The notes beneath the pieces are model-generated. The model was not told the DNA's origin. It searched no databases and worked only from the letters and a program-made list of their open reading frames with translations. From NCBI RefSeq assembly GCF_009914755.1, contig NC_060930.1: a stretch of DNA of 64,000 nt. The stretch is one strand, 5' to 3'. The stretch comes from the human T2T-CHM13v2.0 reference genome, Homo sapiens. This document shows, in pieces, positions 1-14,925 of the stretch (within the stretch, counting starts at the first letter, position 1; every line of letters begins with the position of its first letter). The translations under genes and the position numbers were made by a program.

Positions 1-2116
1 TCTCTTAAGATTCTTTCCTTCCTCTTGACCTTAGATAACCTAATGACTATGTGCTTAGGTGAGAATCTTTTCATGACAAATTTCCCAGGTGTTCTTTGAG
101 CTTTTTGTATTTAGATGTCTGGATCTGTAGCAAGGGTTGGAGAGTTTTCCTCGATTATTCCCTCAAATAAGTTTTCTAAACTTTTAGATTTCTCTTCTTC
201 CTCAGGAATGCTAATTATTCTTAGGTTTGATCATTTAACATAGTCCCAGACTTCTTGGAGGCTTTGTTCATTTTTTGAAATTCTTTTTTCTTTGTCTTTG
301 TTGGATTAGGTTAATTCAAAAACCTTGTCTTTGAGCTCTGAAGTTTTTTCTTCTGCTTGTTTGATTCTATTGCTAAGACTTTCTAATGTATTTTGCATTT
401 CTCTAAATATGTCTTTTATTTCCAGAAGTTGTGATTATTTTTATTTATGTTATCTATTTCACCAAAGATTTTTCTCTTCTTTCTGTGGTGCCTCCTTGAT
501 TAGCTTAATAATTAACCTTCTGAATTCTTTTACTTGAAATTCAGGGATTTCCTCTTGGTTTGGATAGTGTTTGGGAGCTAGTGTAATCTTTTGTGGGTGT
601 TAAAGAACCTTGTTTTGTCATATTACCACAATTATTTTTCTGGTTTCCTCTCATTTGGGTAGACAATGTCAGAGGAAAGACCTGGGGCTCAAGGTTGCTG
701 TTCAGTTTTTTTGTTTGTTTGTTTGTTTATTTGTTTTTGCCCCATGGGCACTCCCTTGATGCAGTGCTCTTCTCTTTCCCCTAGAGATGGGGTTTCCTGA
801 GATCCAAACTGCAGTGATTGTTATTTCTTTTCTGGATCTAGCCACCCAGGGGAGCTACCAAGCTCTGAGCTGGTACTGGGGGGTATCTGCACAGAGTCCT
901 ATGATATGATCCGTCTTCAGGTCTGTCAACCATGGATAACAGCACCTGCTCCAGTGGAGGTGGCAGGGAGTGAAATGGACTCTGTGAGTTTCCTTAGTTG
1001 TAGTTTTGTTTATTGCACTAGTTTTGTGTTGGTTGGCCTCCTGCTGGGGAGTGGCGCTTTCAGGAAAGCATCAGCTGCAATAGTACAGAAAGGATCTGGT
1101 AGGGGTGGAGCCCTAGAGCTCCCAAAATGTTATGTTCTTTGTCTTTGGCTACCACGGCAGGTAGAGAAAGACCATCAGGTAGGGGCAGGGCTAGGTGTGT
1201 CTGAGCTCAGACTCTTCTTGGGTGGGGCTTGCTGTGGCTGCTGTGGGGGATCAAGGTGTGGTTCCCAGGTCAATGGACTTATGTTCCCCAGAGAATTATG
1301 GCTGCCTCTGCTGTGTCAAGCATGTTGCCAAGGAAGTGGGGGAAAACAGGCAGTTACAGGCCTTACCCAGCTCTCAGGCAGCCCAGAAGGCCAGTCTCAT
1401 TCCAACTGTGGCCTCCCAAAAGAATCAAGTTTATTTCTAGGCAGCAGATGAGCAGGGCTGAGAACTTGCCCCAGGCTACCAGCCTCCCAGCTGAGAAACC
1501 AAGCAGGGCTTTCAGGTTTTGTGCCTCCCCACCTGCTGTGGCTTCTGTGTTGTGTCTACCCTCCCAATTCACCCCTTCCCCAAGCTCTCTCCAGGAAACT
1601 TTGCATTTGGTTGAAATTGTTACAAAGTTCAGCTAGGAGTTTCATTCTCCCTATGGTCTTTTCCCAGTTCCTCTGGTAGCCTTCCCCAAGCACCTGTGTG
1701 AGACAGTCAGAAGTGGCTTCCCTGGGGACTGAGAGAGCCCACAGGGCTCTTCCCACTGCTTCTCCTACCTCTGTATTTCACTTGGCTCTCTAAATTTGTC
1801 TAGGCTCTAGGTAAGGTTAAATCCTTCTCCCATGCTCTGGACCTTCATGTTACTCAGGGAGGGTGTGTGTTTGGGGACAGACAATCCCCCTTTCACACTT
1901 TCATACTTGGGGCACTCACAGTTTTTTTTGGCTGTCTTCCAGGGCCTTCAGGAGCAATCCACTTCCTTTAAAGGGTGTATGTATTCTCTGGGCTTCCCTG
2001 GTATGTTTCTGCATAGTTCTTAGAGCAAAAGTTCACTATGTGAGTATCCACATGCTGCTCTGTATATCCAAGTGGGAGCTTCAATTTAGTCCTGCCTCCT
2101 ATCTGCCATTTTCCTC
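1..2116 (-). mobile_element. Old L1 (L1PB-like) 5' UTR plus degraded start of ORF1, cut by the window edge
   Basis: Minus strand begins GAGGAAAATGGCAGATAGGAGGCAGGACTAAATTGAAGCTCCCAC, typical of an L1PB 5' end; 1-790 is T-rich antisense ORF1-like sequence. Confidence 0.8.
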
Positions 2117-2123
2117 AAGTATC

Positions 2124-2407
2124 TAATCTCAGCACTTTGGAAGGCCAAGGTGGGTGGATCATTTGAGCTCAGGAATTCAAGACTAACCTGCGCAACATGG
2201 CAAAACCCCATCTCTATTAAAAAAAAAATACAAAAATTAGCTGGGTGTGGTGCTGTGCACCTGTAGTCCCAGCTACTTGGGAGTCTGAGGTAAGAGGATG
2301 GTTTGAGCTCAGGAGGTGGAGGTTCCAGTGAACTGAGATCACACCACTGCACTCTAGCCTGGGCAACAGAGCAATACTGTCTCGAAAAAATTAAATAAAT
2401 AAATAAA
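2124..2407 (+). mobile_element. AluJ-like SINE, 5'-truncated
   Basis: TAATCTCAGCACTTTGGAAGGCCAAGG..., central A-linker, (TAAA)n tail. Confidence 0.9.
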
Positions 2408-3410
2408 GACAGATGTACCTCATCCTCATTATAGCACAAGATTTTATAAGTACCATAAGAAGAATCAACAGAGTGTTATAACAAGGTGAGATGAATACCT
2501 CTTGTTAGCTCAGTACTTATACATAGTAGGTACTTAATTGATATCCATTTCCTGAATAAATGAGTGAATGAAAGTTCAATGAACCACAGTCAGTTGGAGA
2601 TATTTAAGAAAGATATTAAGGAACTTAGTAAAAAAGGCTATTGATTGATAAGCACCTTACTATGTGGCAACTATATATATATAGTAATAATATATATTAT
2701 AAAGGAATATGTTTATATATACCTTTAATCTTCACAATGCTACAAGCAAGCCATATAATCTTCATTTTTAAGAGAATATTGAAATGCAGATTGCTCAATA
2801 ACTCTTCCAACTTTACATGAGTTTTAAGGGAGCAGAAAAATTCACTCTGCATCTATGCGATGCCAAATTTGTTTTTCTATTGTGCTTCCCTGTGGGTAGG
2901 TGTGAGATCATCTTAGGGAAAGGAAAGCAAGAGAAAAGCAAAAGAGCCAGTGAAGGGCTCAGCAGACTTGGGGGACAGTTGAGGTTGAGCATGCATTGAG
3001 AACAGGAAGAGGGAGATGAGGTCAACAGGGAGGGGGAGCCTGAAAGGAGGTACACCACAGCAGCCATGCTGAGGGCGTGTCATGTAGACTATGGGGAGCC
3101 ACTGATAGGGTACGGACAGAAAGCAATGGGCAGCCAGAGGATGTCAGCAGAATAAGGTGAGGAGCAGATTGGAGAGAGGAGAAATAGGAGGCACAGAGGC
3201 TACTCCAACAGTCTAGTTCTCATAATGAACACCAGTAATTTAAAAAGAGCATCTCAGTAATACGTAAGTTGTGCAACGACTAAAGACAAATAATTATAAA
3301 GATGTAGCATTTAACGGAGACATCTCCAGTGCTAAATCAGAAGGTGCAGAATAATAAACACTTGCTGAGTTTCTAAGACAGGTCTGTATGATTGTGCAAA
3401 CATATCTTTA

Positions 3411-3735
<325 letters not shown>

Positions 3736-4325
3736 CTATTAACAAATGGGAGGGAGAGAACACAATAATTACAACTTTCCATAATTATCTAGAAACAGTA
3801 ACATGGCAGCAGCAATTTTCTCCTCATTCTTTTTTGTATATGGGTCAGCACGTAAGGTCCAACTGTTTAATAATGTGAAGGAAAAGATTGCAATTCTGAC
3901 GGCAGCGGCCAAGAGATAGCCCTCTCACCCTTGAATATATACAGCACAGTTGGTCAACAAGGCTGTGTGTATTTTCTACCCAGCCAGAGAGTCTTGGGTC
4001 CTCAAGGACAGAGCCTGAACCCTGCATTTCCTTGTGTCCTCCGTAGCGCCAACACACAGCAAGGGTGTAAAAAATACTCTTTAAAGGAGAAAATAAACCA
4101 CACAGACAAAAAGAACTTAGCAATGAAAAGGACAGTATGACATTTTAGAGCCTGAGTAACATTTACATAAAAGGAGTCTAACTACCTTCTTGCCAGAAAA
4201 GTGCCCAAAGACTGTCACTTACATATGAGCAAGATAGTCAGAGTAAGAACATTTAATTGCTTTGACACGTGAGAGAAATGCAAACCACTTGAAACGCCTT
4301 TCTCAGAGGTGCACCTGGAGGATAG

Positions 4326-4747
<422 letters not shown>

Positions 4748-5019
4748 TAGGCACACACCTTTTAACCAGTTGTCTCTCATCAGAGCAAAGAAACATCCTT
4801 TACACAGGTGGGAATATATGATCCAGATTTTTATAAAGAGAGACTCTTCACATAGATCTGGAGTTTTTCCAATGCCATATAAACTGTTATAGTCCTTCTA
4901 AATATGCCTACATATCATCTGTCTTTCAGTTGGACATTATCTTTCATAAATTATGTTGCCAATAGGTAAACTTTCATATAAATTTACAGAAACATTTTCT
5001 GAAAGTAACTGATATCTTT

Positions 5020-6030
5020 GAATATTCATTCAATTTAGCAAATATTCTTGGAGTCCCTACTTTCTGCTAAGGCCTGTGCCAGGGGTTGAGAAACAAAAAC
5101 ATTTAAGACTCAGTCCCTACCTTCAAGTAACTCACAGCCCAATGCAGGGGACTAGCACACATTAAATAATTGTTCAGTAGTGTGGCAAACTCATACATTG
5201 TGATTTTCACAGATCAGGAGAAAAGCCTAATCTGATCTGGGTGAATTGAATGAGGGGAAGACAGGGACGTTTCCTACAGCTTGCGATACCTGAATAGATT
5301 TCTACAATGGCAAAATCCTAACAAAAAGAGGTAAATGAAAGGAAAGGATGAGAGTGGAATTGTATTACTAATAGAAAGAAGATTGTAAGAAAAGAATCAC
5401 ATGGAGGTAAGAAACAGTATGGCATTTATGCCAAAATACAAATGTTTCAGGGTTTCTGGGACCATGACTCTTCAGCAGGAGGCAGAAGGAGCAGGGGTGA
5501 GAGTCAAGTTGAACCACACACAGAAGGTCCTGTGAGCCATGCTCAGGAGCTTGGCATTTATCCTATTAGGGATGGATGAGGAGTTAATGAAGACTTTCAA
5601 ACAGGTTAATGATATGATCAGATTTGTGTTTTAAATAAGCATCTCTGGGAGTTATCAGTGTGGGAAGTTTGAAGGGACAAGAATGAAAGCAGTGAGATTA
5701 GCCTGTAGGTAGCAGTTGAGGCTAAACCTAATAAGTAAAGGGATAGGCAAGAAGATATTAGAGAAAACTTGAAGAAGAGAAAGCAATATAAATTGGTGAT
5801 TAAACTTGATATTGGAGTAAGGAAGAGGGAAAAGCCAAGACTTCAAGGGGGGTGCTAAAACCAAGACTGAAAGAGGTAAAGGTAGGAAGGGAGCCGTAGA
5901 GTTCAACATCTGACATGTGTTTGGGGTACTTTTGGGACATCTGAGTGGAAATACCTAGCAGACATTTGGATAAATGAATGTGAAGCTTGAGGTAGCTTCT
6001 GGGCTGGAGGTATAATTTGGAAGTCAGTTA
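5020..6030. mobile_element. Degraded L2 fragments
   Basis: L2-type motifs such as CATTCAATTTAGCAAATATT, GATATGATCAGATTTGTGTTTT, GGAAATACCTAGCAGACATTTGGATA. Boundaries approximate. Confidence 0.55.
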
Positions 6031-7145
6031 ACTGCTTTTGTTTGTGACTCACTTAAAATATCCCACTGGCAGATGTTATGCAAATTCCATATCCTTAGTT
6101 GAAAAATGGCACAAGACTGTGGCTCAGGATGGCATTAATTGGTCTTTTAGGGCTTTGTGAGACTGTGACACTTTAAAATAACTTTTGAAAGAAACATCCA
6201 TCGACAAAGTTAATAATGTACTCATGTACTCATGGGGAGAAGAGAGCTAAGGAAGTCATTACTGTGGAACTGTCTCTGACTTAATGTCTGATGGGGCCAA
6301 TAATGCCTTTACTGACTACTTTCATGGATGTTTATAGACTCAAGTGAGATAATACAATTTGAAAAAATAAAAAGGCTTTTGCTGTTTACAGACTTAAAAA
6401 ATACCGAGAAATTTTATGTTATGCTTTGGCTTGGGCATCTTGCTAAATATTATATTAAAGAAACTGAAATGAGGAAAAGAATCAAATCTGTAGTAGCTTT
6501 ATTTTTATGTATACAGAGACCCATCATTCATTAGATGGTGACTGTGTCCTTGGAGAATCTTCATTAAGTAATCAGTTACACTGAATCCAGAGCTCCAAAT
6601 AGATCCTGGTTTTCATAACATCAGAGTGTTGAACTAATTTAATTATAAGAGCAAAATGCCAGGAGCCAAAAGGATTCAAAGGAGAGGAAAAAGAATAATT
6701 AGATAAGCTGCCAGACATAAAATATGAACAACCATTATCACCAAGAATATGAAGAACATAATCCTACAAACAACAACAAAAAAAACACCTCCCTGTGTCA
6801 TTGGAAATCTGATAACATTGCTGTTTATTGTTAAAGCCACATGAAATGAAGTTAGTATCCCTTGGCTCTACTCAATCTCATCATGACTTAATTTGCCACT
6901 CTACAACATGTTCTCTATCAACTTCCATGGAGTTGAGTTTGTATTTGTTTACTTAGTTGGTAGACTTGTATAATACATCCAGTCATTAGTGTGCCCTCTA
7001 CGTTTTCATGCATTTCTTTTGTGTTGGTTTCCATTTTAAATTACCCTTAGAGTGTCTTGCAAAAAGAATGTTGCAGAAGGTTCTCTTTTTTTGGAGTGAG
7101 GATGTCAGAGACATGATGCGGTCAAATAATAATGAGAAATACTGT

Positions 7146-7712
7146 TATGATGGTTAATGTTATGTGTCAGTTTGACTGGGTTAACAAATACCCAGATAGC
7201 TGGTAAAACATTTCTAAGTGTCTCTGTGAGGGTGTTTCCAGAAGAGACTAGCATTCAAATTAGTAGATTGGGTGAAAAAGAACCACCCTCACCAGCATGA
7301 GCAGGCACCGTCCAACCCATTGAAGACCCAGCTATAACAGCAGGTGAAGGAAGGGCAAATTCACTCTTTGTTCTTGAGCTGGAACATCCATCTTCTACTG
7401 CTCTCAGACATCAGGGATCCTGCTTCGTGAGCCTTTTGACTCTAGGACTTACACCATAGGGCCTTCCCAACCAGTCCCAGTTCTTAGGCCTTTAGCCTTG
7501 AGCTGAGAATGACGCCATTGGCTTTTCCAGTTCTCTGGCCTTCAGAAAGACTGAATTACAGCACCAACTTTCCTGGTTCTCCAGCTGGCAAACTGCAGCA
7601 TATTATGGGACTTCTCAGCCTCCATAACCCTAAGTCAATTCCCATAATCTCCTCATGTATAGCTATATATATCCTATTGGTTCTGTTTCTTTGGAGAACC
7701 CTGACTAATACA
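7146..7712 (+). mobile_element. MLT2 (ERVL) solo LTR
   Basis: Starts TATGATGGTTAATGTTATGTGTCAGTTTGACTGG, ends CCTATTGGTTCTGTTTCTTTGGAGAACCCTGACTAATACA, the MLT2 termini. Confidence 0.85.
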
Positions 7713-8167
7713 ACTATGTTCTGCAACTTTTTCTGAGATTTAAAATGAACATTAGCATACTGAAGGCTCTAGAGAAATAAAAACTGCTTAACCTTTTACA
7801 TCCAGCCTTAAGCTAATTTGATCACAGATTCTTTCTCCTGGAACAATGATTAAGAACCTGAGAAACCAGTGTCCAGTGGATCTACTCTGAGAAATAGCAC
7901 CAGAGGTTGGAGGGAGGATGGAAGCCTCACAATATATATTAATAAATAGGAACTTGATAAACAGTTTAATATGATTCCATCTGTTCTAGCTTTTATATCC
8001 AGATAACAGAGTAATAATAGTCAGGAAACTTGAGTTTCAGCCCTGAATGTGTGGTTTTGAGCAAATTATTTTACTTCTCTTTTCCTCCTCAGTCTAAGAG
8101 AAGGGTAATGTTATGACTATAATGAGTCAGTACGTATTCAAGTCCTTTGGAAAATAACATGTGATAT

Positions 8168-8397
8168 TTATCAGGTGTTTACTCTGTGCCACCATTGTGC
8201 TAAACACTTTGAAACATCACCTTTTAAATTCTTATGACAACCCATGAAGCAGGTACCACTCTTCAAGTAAATTCACAAAATTTCAAGCTGAGGTTTAGAA
8301 AAGTTAAGTAACAAACCCAAAGTCAAACAGCTAAAAAAGGCACCAGGAGTTTAAACCCAGTCTGTTTTGCTCCAGAACACAAGCTCCTAGCCACTAA
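8168..8397 (-). mobile_element. MIR SINE
   Basis: MIR core-like AAGCTGAGGTTTAGAAAAGTTAAGTAAC...CCCAAAGTCAAACAGCT. Confidence 0.7.
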
Positions 8398-8586
8398 TGA
8401 TATTCAGCCTTAGCAACTCAGGTAAAAAGGCAACAGAATTATTTAGATATCACACATATTTTGGTGTGAATTCCCTCCATGAGATAACTTATCCCAAAAG
8501 CTGTTTTACCTCACCAAGGGAGAAGAATGTAAGGTTTTGTCTTCCCAGCCTCACTCATGTCTGTTTTTCCCTGTGCCATGAGTGGA

Positions 8587-8685
8587 CAGTGCCAAGTGGG
8601 AGGGGTGTGGGAGGGAGGCAATGGAGTTAGCAGTGCCGAGTGGGAGGGGTGGTGGAGGGTGCCAATGGAGTTAGCAGTGGCAAGT
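8587..8685 (+). repeat. 44-bp tandem duplication (2.2 copies), G-rich
   Basis: CAGTGCCAAGTGGGAGGGGTGTGGGAGGGAGGCAATGGAGTTAG / CAGTGCCGAGTGGGAGGGGTGGTGGAGGGTGCCAATGGAGTTAG / CAGTGGCAAGT. Confidence 0.9.
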
Positions 8686-9153
8686 ATGCTGCAGGCCTAA
8701 GTTGCTGCCACATCCCAAATTTACATTAGTAGCATATCAATACTTCTTCTAAAATTTGTGAGAAAAATACATTGTTTAAAAGGCCTAATAAAATAAAAGC
8801 ATTTTATTACTGAGCGGAAAGTGTTTTTCATTATTCCAGGAACCTTAAAAGATTATTCAATCCATCTCATCTCTTAATGTCACAACAAAGCCATAGTTGT
8901 GAGGGCAGATGCCAAATGGAGGTTAGTTATAGCGGTAAGAGTGGAGTTACAAAGGATGAGAGTCATTATTTTTTCATTCATTCAAATAGTTTCTACCAAA
9001 TGCCTACTATTTTAGATCTTAGGGATACTGCAGAAGAACTAAGTGATAGAGTTTATATTTCTTGATAGATTGGATTATTGTTTCTAACAATAGGATTATT
9101 TCACCTAATGAGAACCCTAGTTACCGTCATTTGACTTCTGTTAAAGAATTATA

Positions 9154-9497
9154 CAGTCTTTGACTTAACAATGATTTGAATTTATGATGGTGTGAAAGTG
9201 ATGCACATTCAGTAGAAACATACTTCAACTAGCCCTACAGCCATTCTGTTTTTCACTTTCAGTACAGTACTCACTAAATTACATGTGAGATTTAACAGTT
9301 TATTATAAAATAGGCTTAGATGACTTTGCCCAAATATAGGCTAATGTAAAAATGTTCTGATCATGTTTAAGGTTAAGCTAGGTTTAGCTATGATGTTTGG
9401 TAGATTAGGTGTATTAAATGCACTTTTGACTAAAAATATTTTCAACTTGCAATGGATTTATCAAGACATAAACCCATTGTAAGTCAAGGAGCATCTG
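9154..9497 (-). mobile_element. Tigger-family non-autonomous DNA transposon (MER47A-like)
   Basis: Minus strand begins CAGATGCTCCTTGACTTACAATGGG; degenerate terminal inverted repeat at the left end; TA on both flanks. Confidence 0.75.
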
Positions 9498-9514
9498 TAT
9501 ATTCTATTTGACTC

Positions 9515-9845
9515 TTTGACTTTGCACTTGAGCACATGACATGCTTTGGCCAGTGGAACTTGAGAAGATGTGACTGTCACAACTGATCATAATTCTTAAA
9601 TGAGATTTCCTGGTTTGGCTCTGTCACCCTTGTATTCCTCCCCTTTCCCGTATGAACAGTTTCTTCTAGAGAAGCAATGTTTTTTCTTCTTCAGTCCTGA
9701 AATGGAAGCAAGCCTAGCTGAGCCTAGCTGTACACAGTAGAACCAAGAAAAGCTGCAGCCTACCCCCAGCCTTCACATGAAATAAGGAAAGACATGTTTG
9801 TTGCCACAAGCTACTGGAATATTGGCGTTGTTTTTTGTGGCAGCA
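9515..9845. mobile_element. Old MLT1-type MaLR LTR fragment
   Basis: CATGACATGCTTTGGCCAGTGGAA...TTTGTTGCCACAAGCTACTGGAAT...GTGGCAGCAAAACT resembles MLT1 motifs. Confidence 0.5.
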
Positions 9846-10649
9846 AAACTGTTTTACACACACACTATTTCGGGATACAATGACATATAAATAAAAAATA
9901 TGTCGGGTATTAAAAGTTCCATTCCAAAAATTTAAGCAGGAGAAAGTGAAAAGAATGACAGTTAGGGAATCAAATATGCTGTTTTATTAAGGTAGTAGGA
10001 GAGGGTTTCTCTGCCAGAGTTGCATTTGATCACAGACCTGAAGAAAGAGAGGCTAAGAAATGTGCAGATAATTGTCAGAAAAGCATTCTAGGCAGAGGGA
10101 ACATCAAGGCAAAAGCTCTATGAGGTGAGGAATACAGGGGATGAGTATAAATTGAATACTTCTTGGATGCCAACGGGTATCCAATTGTGGATCATAGTAT
10201 TGGCAGATGTGAAGTTGTGTGGGAATTCAGAATTGGGAGACATTATAGGATTGTAGGATTTTATTTCTGGACAGATCTTGGAGGTCATCATCTAATATAT
10301 CATTGTGTAGAAAAAGAAACAAATCCACAGAAGTAAAGAGATTTTCTCAAAATGACAAGATCAGGCAGAGTTTGGATGAGAACCCACATTTCCTGGTTTA
10401 AAGTCTAAGAGCATGAGCGTGTAGTGAAAACACATAGCTTGGCAATTGACTTGTGAAGAGATACAACATTCAGGAATTGGGAGGAAAGAAGTGGTGCTCC
10501 TTATATTATTATCTGAATTGATGAATACCAAATGTAAATTCTCCAAGGCAAAGCTGGATTGGACACCAACTGTTGTCACCACTGACCCAATCAGAGCTAT
10601 TTCTGAAGTATCTGCACTTTTTAAATGATTGAACAGTTCCCAAATATTT

Positions 10650-11300
10650 GGTTAGCTAGATCCCTACCTCTGCCATCAAAATATATTTCTGGAGAATCAA
10701 TATATCAACTTAAATAACAAAAGCACTAGAAAAATGTTGTTGATATAAAAGAAATCTTGCAAGGGAAAAGCCTTTTAAATATTATATAAAACCATAAATT
10801 ACAAAAGAAGGACTGATAAACTTGATGTAGAAATTTAAACTTCTGAATCAAAAGAAGTTATAGTAAAAGTAGTAAAAACTATGGAGAGGAACATTTGCAA
10901 CTCATTTGACAGAAAAAAAAGCTGATTTCCTTAACTAAAAAAAACTTTAAATTAGGATTAAAAAATTAACAAATCAATAATAAAAGGGACAGGGATATGA
11001 ACAGGTAATTCACAGGAAAAGAAATACAGGGCCCAAAAGCAGATGAAAGATGTTCATCCTCTCACATAATTGAACAACAAGAATATCAAAACATAGAAAT
11101 AGCAGTTTTTAATATTTCAATGGTAAAAATTTAAAGCATGAAGAAAGTCATTGCTGGTGAGAGTGTAGCTGCCCAGACACCTTCACATATTTTTTGTGGG
11201 AGGATCAAGTTGCAAAATCATTTTAAAGCAATCTTTGGCAACATCCATAAAAACATAAAATACACACTCTTGTGACTCAGCAACTGCACACATAAAAATA
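10650..11300 (+). mobile_element. Highly degraded L1M ORF2 3' fragment
   Basis: A-rich with L1 remnants (GGATATGAACAGGTAATTCACAG, GAAAGATGTTCATCCTCTC). Confidence 0.6.
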
Positions 11301-11696
11301 TAAATTTGAATATTTGTTCTTTCAGCAAATATTTATTGAGTACCTACTATGTGCTAGGAGCTAGATTCTGTGCTAGGAGCTGGGCACAATTGAGCAGAGA
11401 AGCAGGCTACATGCAAGGAAATTGTCAGGGCTTGTCTAATAATGGAATAGAACATAATTTGAGGTAGGAATTAGGAAAGCTGAACTACAGTTTTGGTTTG
11501 TGGCCAAATTAATGTTGTAATCTTGTAACTCTGTTTTTCTTTCATTTAAAACAAGAGGGTTTTAGTAGAATTTTATGACAAAAATCCCATCTCTCTGAGT
11601 TTTAAGGCAGAACCCATATTTAGTGAGAAAGGAAATGGATGTTCCAGGTCTTGCTCCAACCCCAGACTTTTCAGAATCAAGGGGGGGCACTGCTTA

Positions 11697-12292
<596 letters not shown>

Positions 12293-14925
12293 CTAATCAC
12301 ATTTTTGCTAGCTACTGGTCCTAGAGTTTTATGTCAGCTTTTTAAAGCCTTGTTTTTAAAGTTGATTCCAGCTAATTTTGCCCCTGAATTTTAGTTTCTT
12401 AAAAAGAGACTTACAGCATCTGTTCACAACGTAACCTTTTTTACAAACAGTTCCCAGCCATGGAACAAAGTATATCTTGCCATTTGGCCAGCAGATGGTC
12501 ACAGTGTTTAGGAATCAACGTTTTTCCACATCGGCTTGTTTCCTTCTTCATTACAGTCCTGATATTCTTCTTGTCAGGCAAATAGCCCAGAGTATAGACC
12601 CTCATCACAGGCCAGGATCCTGCAAGTTCTGCAAGGGCTCCATATGAGTGGTGGTTGTTCTTGTTTTTGTGTAGATTTTATTTATTTTTCTCTCCTTTTT
12701 TAATATGTATTTTCACCTTTCCTCTAAGGTGAAAATATGTATTATTTTACCTTTCTTCTTTCACTAAGCCACATCTCCAGTGATTCCTCCCTCCTAAGCA
12801 AAACTCACTCTCTCACTAAAAGTCGTCCTAACTTTTACCATAATTAGTTCTTTGGTTTTCTTTACAGGATAATAACTGTATTAAGAAGACACAGGCATGG
12901 AAGAATTACAAAGAGAGAGGATTTTTAGTTGCTAACTTTTCTCACCAAATTAAAAAAAAACTCACTAGATAGTTTAAAGAAAAGACCCCAAATTACTAAA
13001 GTTTCTAAGTTTATAGTCTCTTCCTGGTAGAAAGCAGCTATTTTCTTATAGGAACATATATCAGTATTTTAAGTCAGGGGTATCATTCTATCAAGGAGTT
13101 AGTCATTTACAGAAAATGGCTCACTAGACAGAGTGATCTTGTTGGATTTTTGTTTGATTTTATTTTTGCAGGGGAGGGCAGAGTGGGAATTTCAGGATGC
13201 AAAGCATTTTCTTCTCCTTGAGTTGGGACATGATGTGCACATTATTTTACTAATAATAAAAGTAAGGTTCGTGTCTTCATGTCAGTTTTTCTCTCACAGT
13301 CCCTCCTTTTGGTCATATTCCACCCTTAGAATACGGATTTAAACAAATATTTTGTTTTTTCTGTTGTCTTGTTTTGTTTGGATTCATTATTAATTTGATG
13401 TTTTATCTGGCCAATTCCATTTACATAGTTGTAACAAGAGGTATTAATATACAAGGAACTTCTTATTGTATGTTTTACAAAACTAGAGCCATATGGTACC
13501 AAAGCTGGAGAGTTAACCCCTGTGTGGGAGTTTGGTAAAGCCCCTAGGGTCATCCTTTTTATTACTTTCATGTGGCAGACAAATTTGCATGGTTCTCATC
13601 AACTCAATTTGCTTACTTCAAATCTGGGAGCCCCTGATTTCCAATTCTCTTCTATACAGATTCTGTGTGCACCTCCTAAAACTGTAGTGGTATCATTAAC
13701 TTTGTAAATATCCCTGTGTCAGGAAATGACACTGTTGTCACCTGTAAAACTAAGACTGTAAGCAAAGTAGCAGGTTGCCAGCTGGGTTCTTTGAAGGAAA
13801 TTGTGTGTACCATTACCACATAAAATGTTTATTATTTGTTCTTTAATAGTTGAGTTTTTAACCTAATCAAATGGAATTTGTCTTTAAACATGACATTTCT
13901 GGCAAGGTCATGTTGCAATTTTGAATTTACCTAAATTTTTGTACCTCTGCAAATAACTGCGTGGTTGTGAAAAGTAAAGGAATTCAGTAAAGGCACTTTA
14001 AAAATATTTAACCATTATTCTGAATAATGTTACAAGGGGAATTATCATATATTATTCTTTATATAATAATTTTACCTGATGATTTATTGGCTTGAGAATA
14101 CCTATTATACATCTTTTTTTTCCCTAAATTTTGAGGAGTCAGTGGGAAGAAGATAGCATTTTAAAAGCATATTATTCCAGTTTGTACAAGTCTAGCCTGT
14201 TAAAGTAAGGTTAGTGATAAATGAAAAAGAAAAAAAGAAGGGGGAGATTTTCTTATACAGTATGTCTAATTAAAAAAGATGGAATGTTAACTACAATTAC
14301 ATGAGGTTAATGCAGTTGTAGGTAACTAATCTTGTTTTGCTGGCCTGGAACTGAGCAGCTCATGTTCACAAAGTCTTCTACTTCTAGAATAGAAGTGTTC
14401 TGGAAATTCTGTCTGAGAGGCTTTTACTCGTGGTAACAATGCCAGGTTATTCTGGGATGCCTGCACCTTTGAATCCATACCCTTTTGGATCAATAGCCAG
14501 AAGTACCCGAAAGTCTTTTACTGAGCTTCTCTTGATGTTTCTTTCAGAAAACTCAGTTTCTGCCATGAGACTTGTAACTGGGGACTTGAGGCAAGTGTGA
14601 ATGAAAGGAAAAGATGCCCTGTTATCAATAAGGCAGAATAGCTTATTGTTAAGTTACTGCAATAACCATCAATATCAGAATGCAGGACAGTGAAATCCTC
14701 TACTGAGATATACATAGTTATTTCTAGGGATTCAGTCACTAACTATCCTGAAAATAAAATGTATTGTAGAGAGTGAGGTCACTGTAAGTTTCTGGGGTTT
14801 TCTAATTTATCCCCCAAGAATGTGCTATGAGTGCAGGTTCTGATTGTCACCAACTGACAAGGGTATTTTAAACCTAGAGAAAAAAAGTCATTTAAAAAAA
14901 TAATAATTTTTCGTGCTACTATTAT

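Noticed and set aside
906-1636. 181-aa and 135-aa ORFs on the plus strand
   Set aside because: Antisense to an L1PB 5' UTR; no recognisable domain; chance ORFs in GC-richer repeat DNA.
12845-13270. Acceptor-like polypyrimidine-AG sites at ~12868 and ~13171 (also ~4392 and ~43996) as host exons
   Set aside because: No consistent donor, reading frame or recognisable protein; such sites are common in AT-rich DNA. Non-coding exons cannot be excluded without RNA data.
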